The notes beneath the pieces were generated by a model, which was not told the DNA's origin, ran no database searches, and was given only the letters and a program-made list of their open reading frames with translations. 64,000 nt of DNA from an uncultured Hyphomicrobiaceae bacterium. GTDB taxonomy: Bacteria; Pseudomonadota; Alphaproteobacteria; Rhizobiales; Hyphomicrobiaceae. This document shows positions 36,386-44,778 of the stretch, piece by piece. The stretch covers positions 52,553 to 116,552 of the forward strand of contig CAZLHQ010000001.1 of NCBI GenBank assembly GCA_964559355.1. Direction: 5' to 3'. Numbering within the stretch: position 1 is the first letter of the stretch; the number at the start of each line of letters is the position of its first letter. The position numbers were made by a program, and so were the translations under genes.

Positions 36386-39300
36386 TCAGATGTTGCCGCT
36401 GGCGGCCGCGCGTGACTTCCACGCTTCGCCTGCTGCCAGCGGGTCGTTTGCCAGCCTGTTGGCCTCCTTGGGCCGCCAAGTGTCGATGGCGCGGCGGCCC
36501 GCGGCGAGATCGGCGGGCTGCATTGATTTTTCGAGCTCGTCGCGGCGGCGGACGGCTTCGGTATCGCCCTGCCGGGCGGCAAGCGCGAACCATTTGTAGG
36601 CAAGCCCCATGTCCTTGCCGACGCCAAGCCCGCTTTCGAATAGCACGGCCAGGTTGAACTGGCTGTCGGCAAGCCCGTGATCGGCGGCCGATTGGAACCA
36701 CTTCGAGGCCGTCTCGTAGTCGGGCGTCTTGGCGGCGCGGCCGGCGCTGAGCACGGCGAGGTTGTGCATCGCCTTGACGTTGCCTTGCTCGGCGGCGCGC
36801 TGATACCACGTCTTGGCTCGCGCCAGGTCCTGCTTCACGCCCATGCCACGCTCGAACAGAGTGGCGAGGCGGTACTGGGCTTGCGCAAAGCCGCGCGTTG
36901 CGGACCGCTGATACCAGCGTTGTGCCTCGTTGAAGTTCTGCTCGATGCCCTTGCCCTCGGCGAAGCGGGCGCCGACCTCGAACTCTGCAGAGGGGTCGCC
37001 CTTGGCGGCGGCAAGTCGCAGCGACAGGGGGCCTGCGGCCGCCGGCGGAAGGTCGAGCGCCTGGCGGCGATTTTCCGACATGGCGGAATTGGCAATTCCC
37101 GCCTGCGGATCGGCGTCTGTGTTGGCGCGCACCTGCTGCAGCGTCACCGCTTGTGGTGGGGCCATCGGATCGGCTTCGCGCATGAACTGCGGGATCAGCG
37201 CTGCGGGCACGGCCTCGACTTGGGCGGCGCCAAGCTGGCTCGACAGGTGGGCCGTCGTCTGCCGCTCCTCGAGCCGCTCCAGTTGCGACAGCGTCGGCGC
37301 GCGGGCTGGCTTTGCCACCGTGATGCCAGCTGGTGGCGCGGCGCTGTTGCGGATGGCATCTTCGAGGCTCGAATTGCGATCGATTTTGACTTCGTCGTTT
37401 GATTCGATTTCATCGCCCATGCCGCGTGTGCGGGTGTTCGGCGTGCTGCGGAACAAGTCGTCCTTGCTGCCGGCAGCCGGCGCATTTGTCGTGGGGGCGC
37501 TGGCTTTGGGAGCTGCGGGAGCTTGTGTCGCTTTCTGCGGAATTTCGACTTCGCGAGCGCCTGGCGGTGCTGGGGCCGTGGCTGGCTTTTCGATGGGTGC
37601 CTCGCGGTTCGGTGCGCCAGATGCGGGTGCAAGCGGCGTGGGTTCGTTCGCGGGCGTGGTCGCGGCCGGCTTGATCGGCACGATGCCGCGATCGGTCGGC
37701 TGCTCGCTTTTCTCGATGGCAGCAGGACCGGTCGCGGACGTGGCGGCCTTCTTCTTCATCAACAGGAAGATGCCGGGGATTGCGATCATCAGCACGATGG
37801 CGCTGACGATCAACTTGCGCGACGGTTTGCGCAGGCTGCTGGTGATCGACACCTTGTCGGGCTCGACTGTGGCTTCTGCGGCTTTGCGGCCCTTTCCGAT
37901 GGGAACCGCAGCGGGTGTCGGCTCGGAGATCTGCACGCGGGGTCGCGCGCCGAGCGGGCTGGCTGCGGCGTCTGCATTCGGGGAGACGATGTTTGTTGCA
38001 GCCTTGACCTTTGCGCGCTGGGCGTCGGCGATGAAGTCTTGCCGAAGCCGCTCGATGGAGGCTGGTGAGCTTGCCGCGCTGCGCGTTTCACTCGAGAGGG
38101 GGCTGCGCGGGGCCACGAAAGGGCGGACGGATACGTCCTCGTCATCGTGTGCGGGGCCGTAACCGGTGGCCGGTCCCATGCGCGGCTCGAGGTCGCTCAT
38201 GGTCCGGGCGTTGTCGGCGAAGGCGCCGGCGGCATCTGCGGAGCGCTGGGCACCGGCGGTCGCGTCGGCCGCAAACCGGACATGCTCGCGCACATACTCT
38301 TGCGGCGACGATCTGGAATGCGTGACCTCAAGCGCATCGACACGATCGAGCACACGGATCATTGCCTGCTGCATCGTATCCAGCATGGCGGCAGTCTGCT
38401 CTTCGCCCTCGCGCCGTTCGTTGATGAACTGCTCCAGCAACTGGCGCATGGCGAAGACGTCTTCGCCGTTGCCGCTGTCGCCATGACCGAGGTCGGCAAA
38501 GCGCGTGGCGATGCGTTCGGCGGCAGCGTCGGCGAGGTCGGCAAGATCGGGTGCGATGTGGCTCTGGTTCTCCCGGAAGCTGGCGGCGATCTGGTCCACT
38601 GCCGAGGAGATCAGGGGTTCCAGGTCGTGGGAGACTTCGGCTCCGCGCTCCAATGCGCTATCAAGACGGGGATCGCTCAGGCGATCGACGATCGCATGCA
38701 GGGTTGATTCGATATCGTCGAGGCGGCCGAGTTGCTGGCGTGCTTCATCGAAGCGCTCGGTCAATTCGGTGATGTGGGCTTCGATCAGGCGCAGGCCGTC
38801 GACATCGGCATGCGAGGCGAGATTGCTCAGGGCTTCGCTGAAACGCGATTCGAGCTGATCGAAGCGGGCGTCGAGAGTCGAAATGACGGGCTCGGGCTTG
38901 ATCGTATCGAGGGTTTCTTCGACGCGGCGGGCAATGTCGATCAAGCGGCCATCGAGCCAGTCGCGGTCGTCGTCGTGCAAGCCGATCGCATAATGCGAGG
39001 CAGAGACCGGGGCGGCCGCAAATGCCAGGTGGCTTTGCGAGGACTTTTCGTAGGCCCGCTCGGGATCGGGCATCCGCGCGGCAGCGGCGCCGAGCGTCTC
39101 CTCGTAGTGGGACGTCAAGGCGTCGGCGGCGGCTTCGTCCCAGGCGGTCTCATCGTTCGCCATTACCGGCTCCAGCACGTAGGCGGCCGAGGGGAGCGCG
39201 AACGGCGCGGCGTTGGTCGGCTTCAACTGCGTTGCGTTGTCTGTGATCGGCGGCTTGGTGGGCGTTGCGACAACCGGTTCGGGCTCGGCGGAGGTGAACA

Positions 39301-39658
39301 TCGACGTGCGCGGGCTCGGCGCATACGCTGTTTCATCTGCGTCGCGAATGGAGGCGATGCGGTCCGCCAGCATATTGACGCCGTCTTCGATACGCTCGAA
39401 TGCCGGCACGTACTGCTCGGGAACGCGGCCCTTGTAGGAGCGTGCTTCGGCGCCCAGTTGCTCGACGCGATTGAACATGCGTTCGAGTGTGTGCGACTGA
39501 CGCTCCTCGGCATCCGACAGCTGTTGCGCAATACGCTCGATCAGGCCGCGCAACTCGTCGGCGCGGCAGCCGCCGTCGTCATTGCGCGTGACTGCGTTGC
39601 GCCCGCTGGAACCTGCTGCGGACCCGCCCCCGAATTGCGTCGACATTCTGTTCCCCAT
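36386..39658 (-). CDS. Large bitopic protein with a coiled-coil cytoplasmic part, one TM, a Pro/Ala/Thr-rich linker and C-terminal Sel1 repeats (PodJ-like polarity factor)
   Basis: TM LIVSAIVLMIAIPGIFLLM. C-terminal repeats of the type AQRWYQRSATRGFAQAQYRLATLFERGMGV / AKTWYQRAAEQGNVKAMHNLAVL / ASKWFQSAADHGLADSQFNLAVLFESGLGV. Start at ATG 39658 or 39646. Confidence 0.5.
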   Translation of the reverse strand: MGNRMSTQFGGGSAAGSSGRNAVTRNDDGGCRADELRGLIERIAQQLSDAEERQSHTLERMFNRVEQLGAEARSYKGRVPEQYVPAFERIEDGVNMLADRIASIRDADETAYAPSPRTSMFTSAEPEPVVATPTKPPITDNATQLKPTNAAPFALPSAAYVLEPVMANDETAWDEAAADALTSHYEETLGAAAARMPDPERAYEKSSQSHLAFAAAPVSASHYAIGLHDDDRDWLDGRLIDIARRVEETLDTIKPEPVISTLDARFDQLESRFSEALSNLASHADVDGLRLIEAHITELTERFDEARQQLGRLDDIESTLHAIVDRLSDPRLDSALERGAEVSHDLEPLISSAVDQIAASFRENQSHIAPDLADLADAAAERIATRFADLGHGDSGNGEDVFAMRQLLEQFINERREGEEQTAAMLDTMQQAMIRVLDRVDALEVTHSRSSPQEYVREHVRFAADATAGAQRSADAAGAFADNARTMSDLEPRMGPATGYGPAHDDEDVSVRPFVAPRSPLSSETRSAASSPASIERLRQDFIADAQRAKVKAATNIVSPNADAAASPLGARPRVQISEPTPAAVPIGKGRKAAEATVEPDKVSITSSLRKPSRKLIVSAIVLMIAIPGIFLLMKKKAATSATGPAAIEKSEQPTDRGIVPIKPAATTPANEPTPLAPASGAPNREAPIEKPATAPAPPGAREVEIPQKATQAPAAPKASAPTTNAPAAGSKDDLFRSTPNTRTRGMGDEIESNDEVKIDRNSSLEDAIRNSAAPPAGITVAKPARAPTLSQLERLEERQTTAHLSSQLGAAQVEAVPAALIPQFMREADPMAPPQAVTLQQVRANTDADPQAGIANSAMSENRRQALDLPPAAAGPLSLRLAAAKGDPSAEFEVGARFAEGKGIEQNFNEAQRWYQRSATRGFAQAQYRLATLFERGMGVKQDLARAKTWYQRAAEQGNVKAMHNLAVLSAGRAAKTPDYETASKWFQSAADHGLADSQFNLAVLFESGLGVGKDMGLAYKWFALAARQGDTEAVRRRDELEKSMQPADLAAGRRAIDTWRPKEANRLANDPLAAGEAWKSRAAASGNI

Positions 39659-40065
39659 TGCCACTCGCTTCAGTCGTTCTGACTTCGCGGCGTTCCCATT
39701 GGGGGAGGACGGAGCGGCTCCAGCACCACTCGGACGTCTTGCCGTGTCAGAATCAACGCCGGTTCGGACGCGACACGAGCAAGAACCACTGTTCGAAGCT
39801 CTCAACGGCCGGTAAATGTTCGGTTAAGTGGAAAGCAGGAGTGTCTGGTAACGGCAAAATGCCCGGGATTTGGGGCTTGCAGCGCGCCTGTTGCGGGTCC
39901 ATTTGAGGGCTTGTCAGGGCTGCTCGCCGCAATCGCGGTAAAGGTGGCCAAAGTGATTCGCCGGAATGCCGCGCATGGCCGGTCATCCAGGCGAAGAGAT
40001 TTGCGGGCGGCAGGGCGGTGGAACAGGGCCGCGTTGCCCTCCCCCGAGTGCCAAGGAGTGGACCG

Positions 40066-40599
40066 ATGCAGCGACATATTTCGAGCTATTTCGCCCCGCT
40101 TGCCGGCATGGCTGCCGGTGTCCTGGCGATGGCAGGAGCAGTTCATGCCGAGGAGGCCAGCGGCGCGCGCTTCACCATGACGCCGACGCAGGGCGGTTTC
40201 GTGCGCCTCGATACCGTCACTGGAGCGGTTTCGATGTGCACGGGCAAGGAGGGCGAGTGGGCATGCAAGGCGATGCCGGACGACCAGAAGGCCTTGCAGG
40301 ACAAGATTGCCCGCCTCGAGGACGAGGTGCGTGCGCTTAAGGACGAAAACCGCCGGCTCGAGGATGTGCTGGGGCTGGGTGGCGACAAGTCCAAGGGCGC
40401 ACCCGGCAACGGTGCGGGATTGCCGCCGCCTGTCGATGGCGGACCGCCGGCGCCGCCCACGGGTCCGAAGTTCTCGCTGCCCAATGAGAAGGACGTCGAC
40501 AAGGCATTCGACTACTTCGAAGGCATGCTGAAAAAATTCCAGGAGCGGCTGAAGAAGCTCGAGGAAAAAGACAAGGGCGGCGGCAGCGTTCCGCTTTAG
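40066..40599 (+). CDS. Secreted hypothetical protein with a short coiled coil
   Basis: Signal peptide MQRHISSYFAPLAGMAAGVLAMAGAVHA, a Cys pair (SMCTGKEGEWAC) and a heptad stretch LQDKIARLEDEVRALKDENRRLEDVL. Confidence 0.5.
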   Translation: MQRHISSYFAPLAGMAAGVLAMAGAVHAEEASGARFTMTPTQGGFVRLDTVTGAVSMCTGKEGEWACKAMPDDQKALQDKIARLEDEVRALKDENRRLEDVLGLGGDKSKGAPGNGAGLPPPVDGGPPAPPTGPKFSLPNEKDVDKAFDYFEGMLKKFQERLKKLEEKDKGGGSVPL

Positions 40600-40656
40600 A
40601 GTTCTTCCGGAAAAGTGGGAACCGGTTTTCCGATAAGAAGCACGGCAAAACAAAGG

Positions 40657-40701
40657 TCTAGAGCCGTTCCGCGATTCCATCAAAACCGGAACGGCTCTAG
40701 A
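40657..40701. repeat. Perfect 15-bp inverted repeat (hairpin) with a 15-nt loop
   Basis: tctagagccgttccg (40657-40671) pairs with cggaacggctctaga (40687-40701). It abuts dispersed-repeat copy A. Confidence 0.8.
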
Positions 40702-40827
40702 GCCTGATCGTCTGAGGTGGAACCGCCAAGCGTTGCCATCGAGGGCGTGAATTCAGACTCTCAATCAAGGACTTGGTGCAGGTCGCTGTGGCACGAGTCG
40801 ATGCCATGTCATTTGAACCTGCTCCAG
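40700..40827 (+). repeat. Dispersed 128-bp structured repeat, copy A
   Basis: Aligns along its length with 52784-52911 (gagcctgatcgtc..ccatcgagg.cgtgaat.cagactctcaatcaaggactt..gcagg..ggcacgag..ccatgt..ttgaacctgctc). Confidence 0.8.
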
Positions 40828-40862
40828 TCTGCAAGATTTGGTCGAATTGGGAGCGCGAGGCC

Positions 40863-41345
40863 ATGTCGAAAACCGGTGCGGCGGCTCTAGGGTCTGCTGC
40901 TGCGGCGGGCGCACCCGCAGCGCTCGCCGTTCGTGCTGGTGTGCTGCGCGTCTCGACCCGCGGACCTCATTGCTACGATGTTTCCACTGAAGTTGCCGGC
41001 TGGCTTGAGAGCATCCAAGCGGAGGCGGGGCTGCTCACCTTGTTCATCCGCCACACTTCGGCGTCCCTGCTGATCCAGGAGAATGCCGATGCTGACGTAC
41101 AGCGCGATCTGCTGGATTGGTTGCGCCGGATGGCGCCAGCGGGTGCGCACTATCGTCACGACAGCGAGGGGCCCGACGATATGCCCGCTCACATCAAGGC
41201 GATGGTGATGCCGGTCTCGTTGTCGATCCCGGTGGCGGACGGTGCGATGCGACTCGGCACCTGGCAGGGGATTTATGTCGTCGAGCATCGCGACCGCCCG
41301 CATACGCGCGAGGTGGAGATGCAATTCATCGGCACGCTTGGCTGA
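40863..41345 (+). CDS. yjbQ: YjbQ/UPF0047 family protein (secondary thiamine-phosphate synthase-like)
   Basis: LLTLFIRHTSASLLIQENADADV, PDDMPAHIKAMVM and GTWQGIYVVEHRDRPHTREV. ATG 40863. Confidence 0.8.
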   Translation: MSKTGAAALGSAAAAGAPAALAVRAGVLRVSTRGPHCYDVSTEVAGWLESIQAEAGLLTLFIRHTSASLLIQENADADVQRDLLDWLRRMAPAGAHYRHDSEGPDDMPAHIKAMVMPVSLSIPVADGAMRLGTWQGIYVVEHRDRPHTREVEMQFIGTLG

Positions 41346-41364
41346 ACAGCGGTGCGACGTGCAA

Positions 41365-43203
41365 TCAGTTGCCGCCGCGGCGCTGCTTCAAGCGCAAGCG
41401 ATGCATTTCGCGATCATAGAGGATCTCCCCGCCTGGCACGCGGATATCACGCACCAGTTCCAGGCCGTGCCGGCTGGGCGGTGGCGTCAAAACCGATACC
41501 AGCATGGCCGCGAACACGTTCATTGGAATGGCAACGGCTGCTGCGATGGTGCCGGCGACGGTGAGCCATCCCGCTTCACCGGCAATGATCGCGCTGAGCG
41601 AGATGGCAAAGCCCGCTGTCATGCCGGCCAGCGCGCCATAGCTGTTGATGCGCTTCCACCAGATTGACATGACCAGCACGGGAAAGGCGGTTGCGCCGGT
41701 GATGGTTATGGCCCACAGCAGCAGCTTCAGCGGGTCTGTCGGTGCAACGAGTGCGATTGCGGCGCCCGCGCCCACCGCGACCGCAAGCAGCAATCGCGCC
41801 ATGACGACACGCGCCGTGTCACCGGGCGGCTCCCACGACAATCCGTTGATGATGTCTTCAGACAGCATGTTGCCCAATGCGGTGGCGGCGGCCGAGGCCG
41901 TGGCCAGTGCTGCGGCAATTGCGGAGGCGGCAGCGAGGTAAACGAACGCCCGCGGCAAGCCGGTCGCCAGCGGAAGCGCCAAAAACACGCCGTCTCGTTC
42001 AAATGCGATCGAGCCGATGGCGAAGCGTGTGGCGTTGGTGGTGATCTGCACCAGGCCGGCGGCCTGCAGCCGCGCCATCCACTCGGGAATCTGGCGGGCC
42101 TCGCTATCGAGCACGAACTCCATCAGCGGCCCACGCATATATGCGGCGATCGACGTCATGGTCAGAACGACGATGCCGAAGACGAATGTCGCCCAGCTCA
42201 GCGATTTGCGGGCCTCGTAAACGCCGGGCGTCGCCGAAACCCGCGGCAGCAGCCAGGGTGCGGAAGCAAGTCCGGCCATCACCGTCAGCATGGTAATGAC
42301 AAAGGCGACCGGTCCTATCGAGCCGAACGGCGTGGCGAAGCGCTTGGCGATGACGGCGAAGCCATCGGCGGGAAGGCCGAATGCGAGTGGCGCGGCAGCC
42401 GCTGCGGGCAGCGCCAGGGCCGCTTCCTGGCGTATGAGGGTGCGCACGATCGGACCGTAGCTCAATTGCGGTATCGGCAACTTGGTGACGAGCACGGCGA
42501 CGACCGCGACCGGCACCAGGAAGGCCAGCACGACGGTGATTGCTTCCGCGGCGTTCGACCATGACAGTGACCGCATGCCACCGAGCACCACCGAGACGAC
42601 CACCACCACGGCAAGCGCCATCAACGTGGTCGGCTCCTGCGTGCGTGAAAGCCAGCTTGCGACTCCGGCGCCCAAACGAAGCTCCGCAGCGATCAGCAGC
42701 ATCAGCGGCACAGCGAGGAAGCACGCCGCCAGCAGCCGCAGCAAACGGCTCTCGAAACGCCGCCCGAGGTAGGTGGGCACGGTGTAGGCGCCGAACTTGC
42801 GCAGAAATGGCGCCAGCAGGATTGCCATCACCACGAAACCGGCAAGCCCGCCGATGGTGAAGGCGAGACCGTCGAACCCGCTGACGAAGAATACGCCGGT
42901 CAGACTGACGAGGCCGGTGGCGCCCAGTGCCGAAACCGCGAGCGCCAGTCCGGTGAACAAGGCCGGCACACGGCGGCCTGCGGCGAAGTAGTCGAGCGGT
43001 TGCGACGTGGCCGATGCGATGCCGATTGCGCTGTAGAGTGCGATCGGCCCCAAAAGCATCATGTTGCGCAACACGGCGTCGGAAATGCCGAGTTGTTCAA
43101 AGATCGCGGCAAGGAAAAAGACGGCGGCAAGAGCGCTTGCGAAGATGCCGAAATAGGTGCCGAGCCGTGGATTGACGAGGCGGGTGCGAGGCGTGAACGT
43201 CAT
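41365..43203 (-). CDS. Sodium:solute symporter family large subunit (VC_2705-type, partner of DUF4212)
   Basis: About 13 TM segments in 612 aa. Co-oriented with the DUF4212 small-subunit gene, which lies upstream. Confidence 0.75.
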   Translation of the reverse strand: MTFTPRTRLVNPRLGTYFGIFASALAAVFFLAAIFEQLGISDAVLRNMMLLGPIALYSAIGIASATSQPLDYFAAGRRVPALFTGLALAVSALGATGLVSLTGVFFVSGFDGLAFTIGGLAGFVVMAILLAPFLRKFGAYTVPTYLGRRFESRLLRLLAACFLAVPLMLLIAAELRLGAGVASWLSRTQEPTTLMALAVVVVVSVVLGGMRSLSWSNAAEAITVVLAFLVPVAVVAVLVTKLPIPQLSYGPIVRTLIRQEAALALPAAAAAPLAFGLPADGFAVIAKRFATPFGSIGPVAFVITMLTVMAGLASAPWLLPRVSATPGVYEARKSLSWATFVFGIVVLTMTSIAAYMRGPLMEFVLDSEARQIPEWMARLQAAGLVQITTNATRFAIGSIAFERDGVFLALPLATGLPRAFVYLAAASAIAAALATASAAATALGNMLSEDIINGLSWEPPGDTARVVMARLLLAVAVGAGAAIALVAPTDPLKLLLWAITITGATAFPVLVMSIWWKRINSYGALAGMTAGFAISLSAIIAGEAGWLTVAGTIAAAVAIPMNVFAAMLVSVLTPPPSRHGLELVRDIRVPGGEILYDREMHRLRLKQRRGGN

Positions 43204-43350
43204 GTGTGGCTCGGTCGAGGGCTTATACGAGGGCTTGAACGTGGATACGGGGCGGCGCGGGGCATATTATGATTATCGCGGGCATGTCGGGCGCGGTCGG
43301 CTAGGTGCATGATCGGCCATGTCTGCCAGCGCCAGCGGTGCTGCCCGGCC

Positions 43351-43611
43351 TTACGAGTCCTCGTGCGCGCCGTGCCAATGATCGATCGCATCCTGGCGAT
43401 TGACGAAACTCGCTACCGTGGCGACCGCGATGACGAAGATGCCGTGCGCGGTCAACATGAAGCCGATCGGAAAACCCAAAAAGCGCTGCACGTTGAGCGG
43501 CTCGCTGTAGAGCGGCAACACGATGATAACGGCAAGGAACGGCAACAGGCTCGCCATCATCTGCCATTTGGTGTGCCGCCAGTAGGGCTTTCGTTCTTTC
43601 CGTTCGATCAT
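43351..43611 (-). CDS. DUF4212 small membrane protein (putative solute:sodium symporter small subunit)
   Basis: 86 aa, YWRHTKWQMMASLLPFLAVIIVLPL..GFPIGFMLTAHGIFVIAVATV, with two TM helices. Confidence 0.7.
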   Translation of the reverse strand: MIERKERKPYWRHTKWQMMASLLPFLAVIIVLPLYSEPLNVQRFLGFPIGFMLTAHGIFVIAVATVASFVNRQDAIDHWHGAHEDS

Positions 43612-44081
43612 AATCCCACCCTAATGCAGCGCCGCTGAAGTTTGGTCCCCGTTTGCGGCTAGACTCCTAACCAAACGTCAGAGCCGGAACACTGGCGGCG
43701 ATCTGCTGTACTTACGTCTGATGCCGTCACAAGTTGAACCAGTACGCCAGCCTTGCTCCGTTGTCTTGGTATGCCATCTAACACAGCAGATTGCCGCCAC
43801 CCATGGGGTAATCGCTCTTGTTACCGGCATTGAGGCAAGCCCTTCGCCAATTGACGCCGAGCCGTCGCGCCGCCGAGCGCCGGTTCCGGTAAACTTAACA
43901 TAAGCGGCCCATTTTTCGGTGCCGGAACGGGCGTTCGCCCCCTTGCTTAAATTTGCATCTGTGTCAGAACTGCGACTTGGCGTCGCAAATTTTCAGGCGT
44001 GATTTTGCACACGTTAGGCGGCGCGACGCTCGGACGCGTCGAGGATGCGATCGACAGCGTACTGAGACGTCTGGAGGAACA

Positions 44082-44741
44082 ATGCTCTCTTACCGCATCA
44101 TCATTGTCGACGACCATCCGCTGTTTCGCGGTGCGCTCAATCAGGCTCTTTCCGCGTCGCTCGAATCTTCCGAAATCGTCGAGGCGGGTTCGCTCGATGA
44201 ATTGACGGAAAAGCTGGCCGGCGGGCTCGATGTCGATTTGATCCTGCTCGATCTCACCATGCCCGGAGTGCAGGGCATTTCAGGTCTGGTGTTTCTGCGC
44301 GGGCAGCATCCAGAAATCCCGGTAATGGTTGTTTCGGCCAATGATGATCCCAATATCATCCGCCGGTGCATGGACTGCGGCGCCTCGGGCTTCGTGCCGA
44401 AGTCGCAGCCGGTCGACCAGATCCGCGCCGCTGTCCGCAGCGTGCTCGACGGCAACGTCTGGTCGCCACCGGGTGTCAATCTTTCCTCCGCCGTCGATGT
44501 CGAGACGGCCGATCTGTTGTCGCGGCTGTCGTCGTTGACGCCGCAGCAGGTGCGCGTGTTGATGATGCTGGGGGAAGGTTTGCTGAACAAGCAGATCGCC
44601 TACAAGCTCGGCGTCTCCGAGGCGACCATCAAGGCACACGTCTCGGCCATCCTGCAGAAACTCGGTGTCGACAGCCGCACGCAGGCCGTTATTGCAGTCA
44701 ACAAGATCGACAACGGCTCTTGGCAGAAGATCCCCAACTAA
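44082..44741 (+). CDS. LuxR/NarL-family response regulator (CrbR-like)
   Basis: REC domain (IIIVDDHPLFRGAL and ILLDLTMPG). HTH LTPQQVRVLMMLGEGLLNKQIAYKLGVSEATIKAHV. GGAGGA lies upstream of ATG 44082. Confidence 0.88.
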   Translation: MLSYRIIIVDDHPLFRGALNQALSASLESSEIVEAGSLDELTEKLAGGLDVDLILLDLTMPGVQGISGLVFLRGQHPEIPVMVVSANDDPNIIRRCMDCGASGFVPKSQPVDQIRAAVRSVLDGNVWSPPGVNLSSAVDVETADLLSRLSSLTPQQVRVLMMLGEGLLNKQIAYKLGVSEATIKAHVSAILQKLGVDSRTQAVIAVNKIDNGSWQKIPN

Positions 44742-44778
44742 TTGCTTGATCCGCGGCATTGACTGCGCTGGCCGGTCT

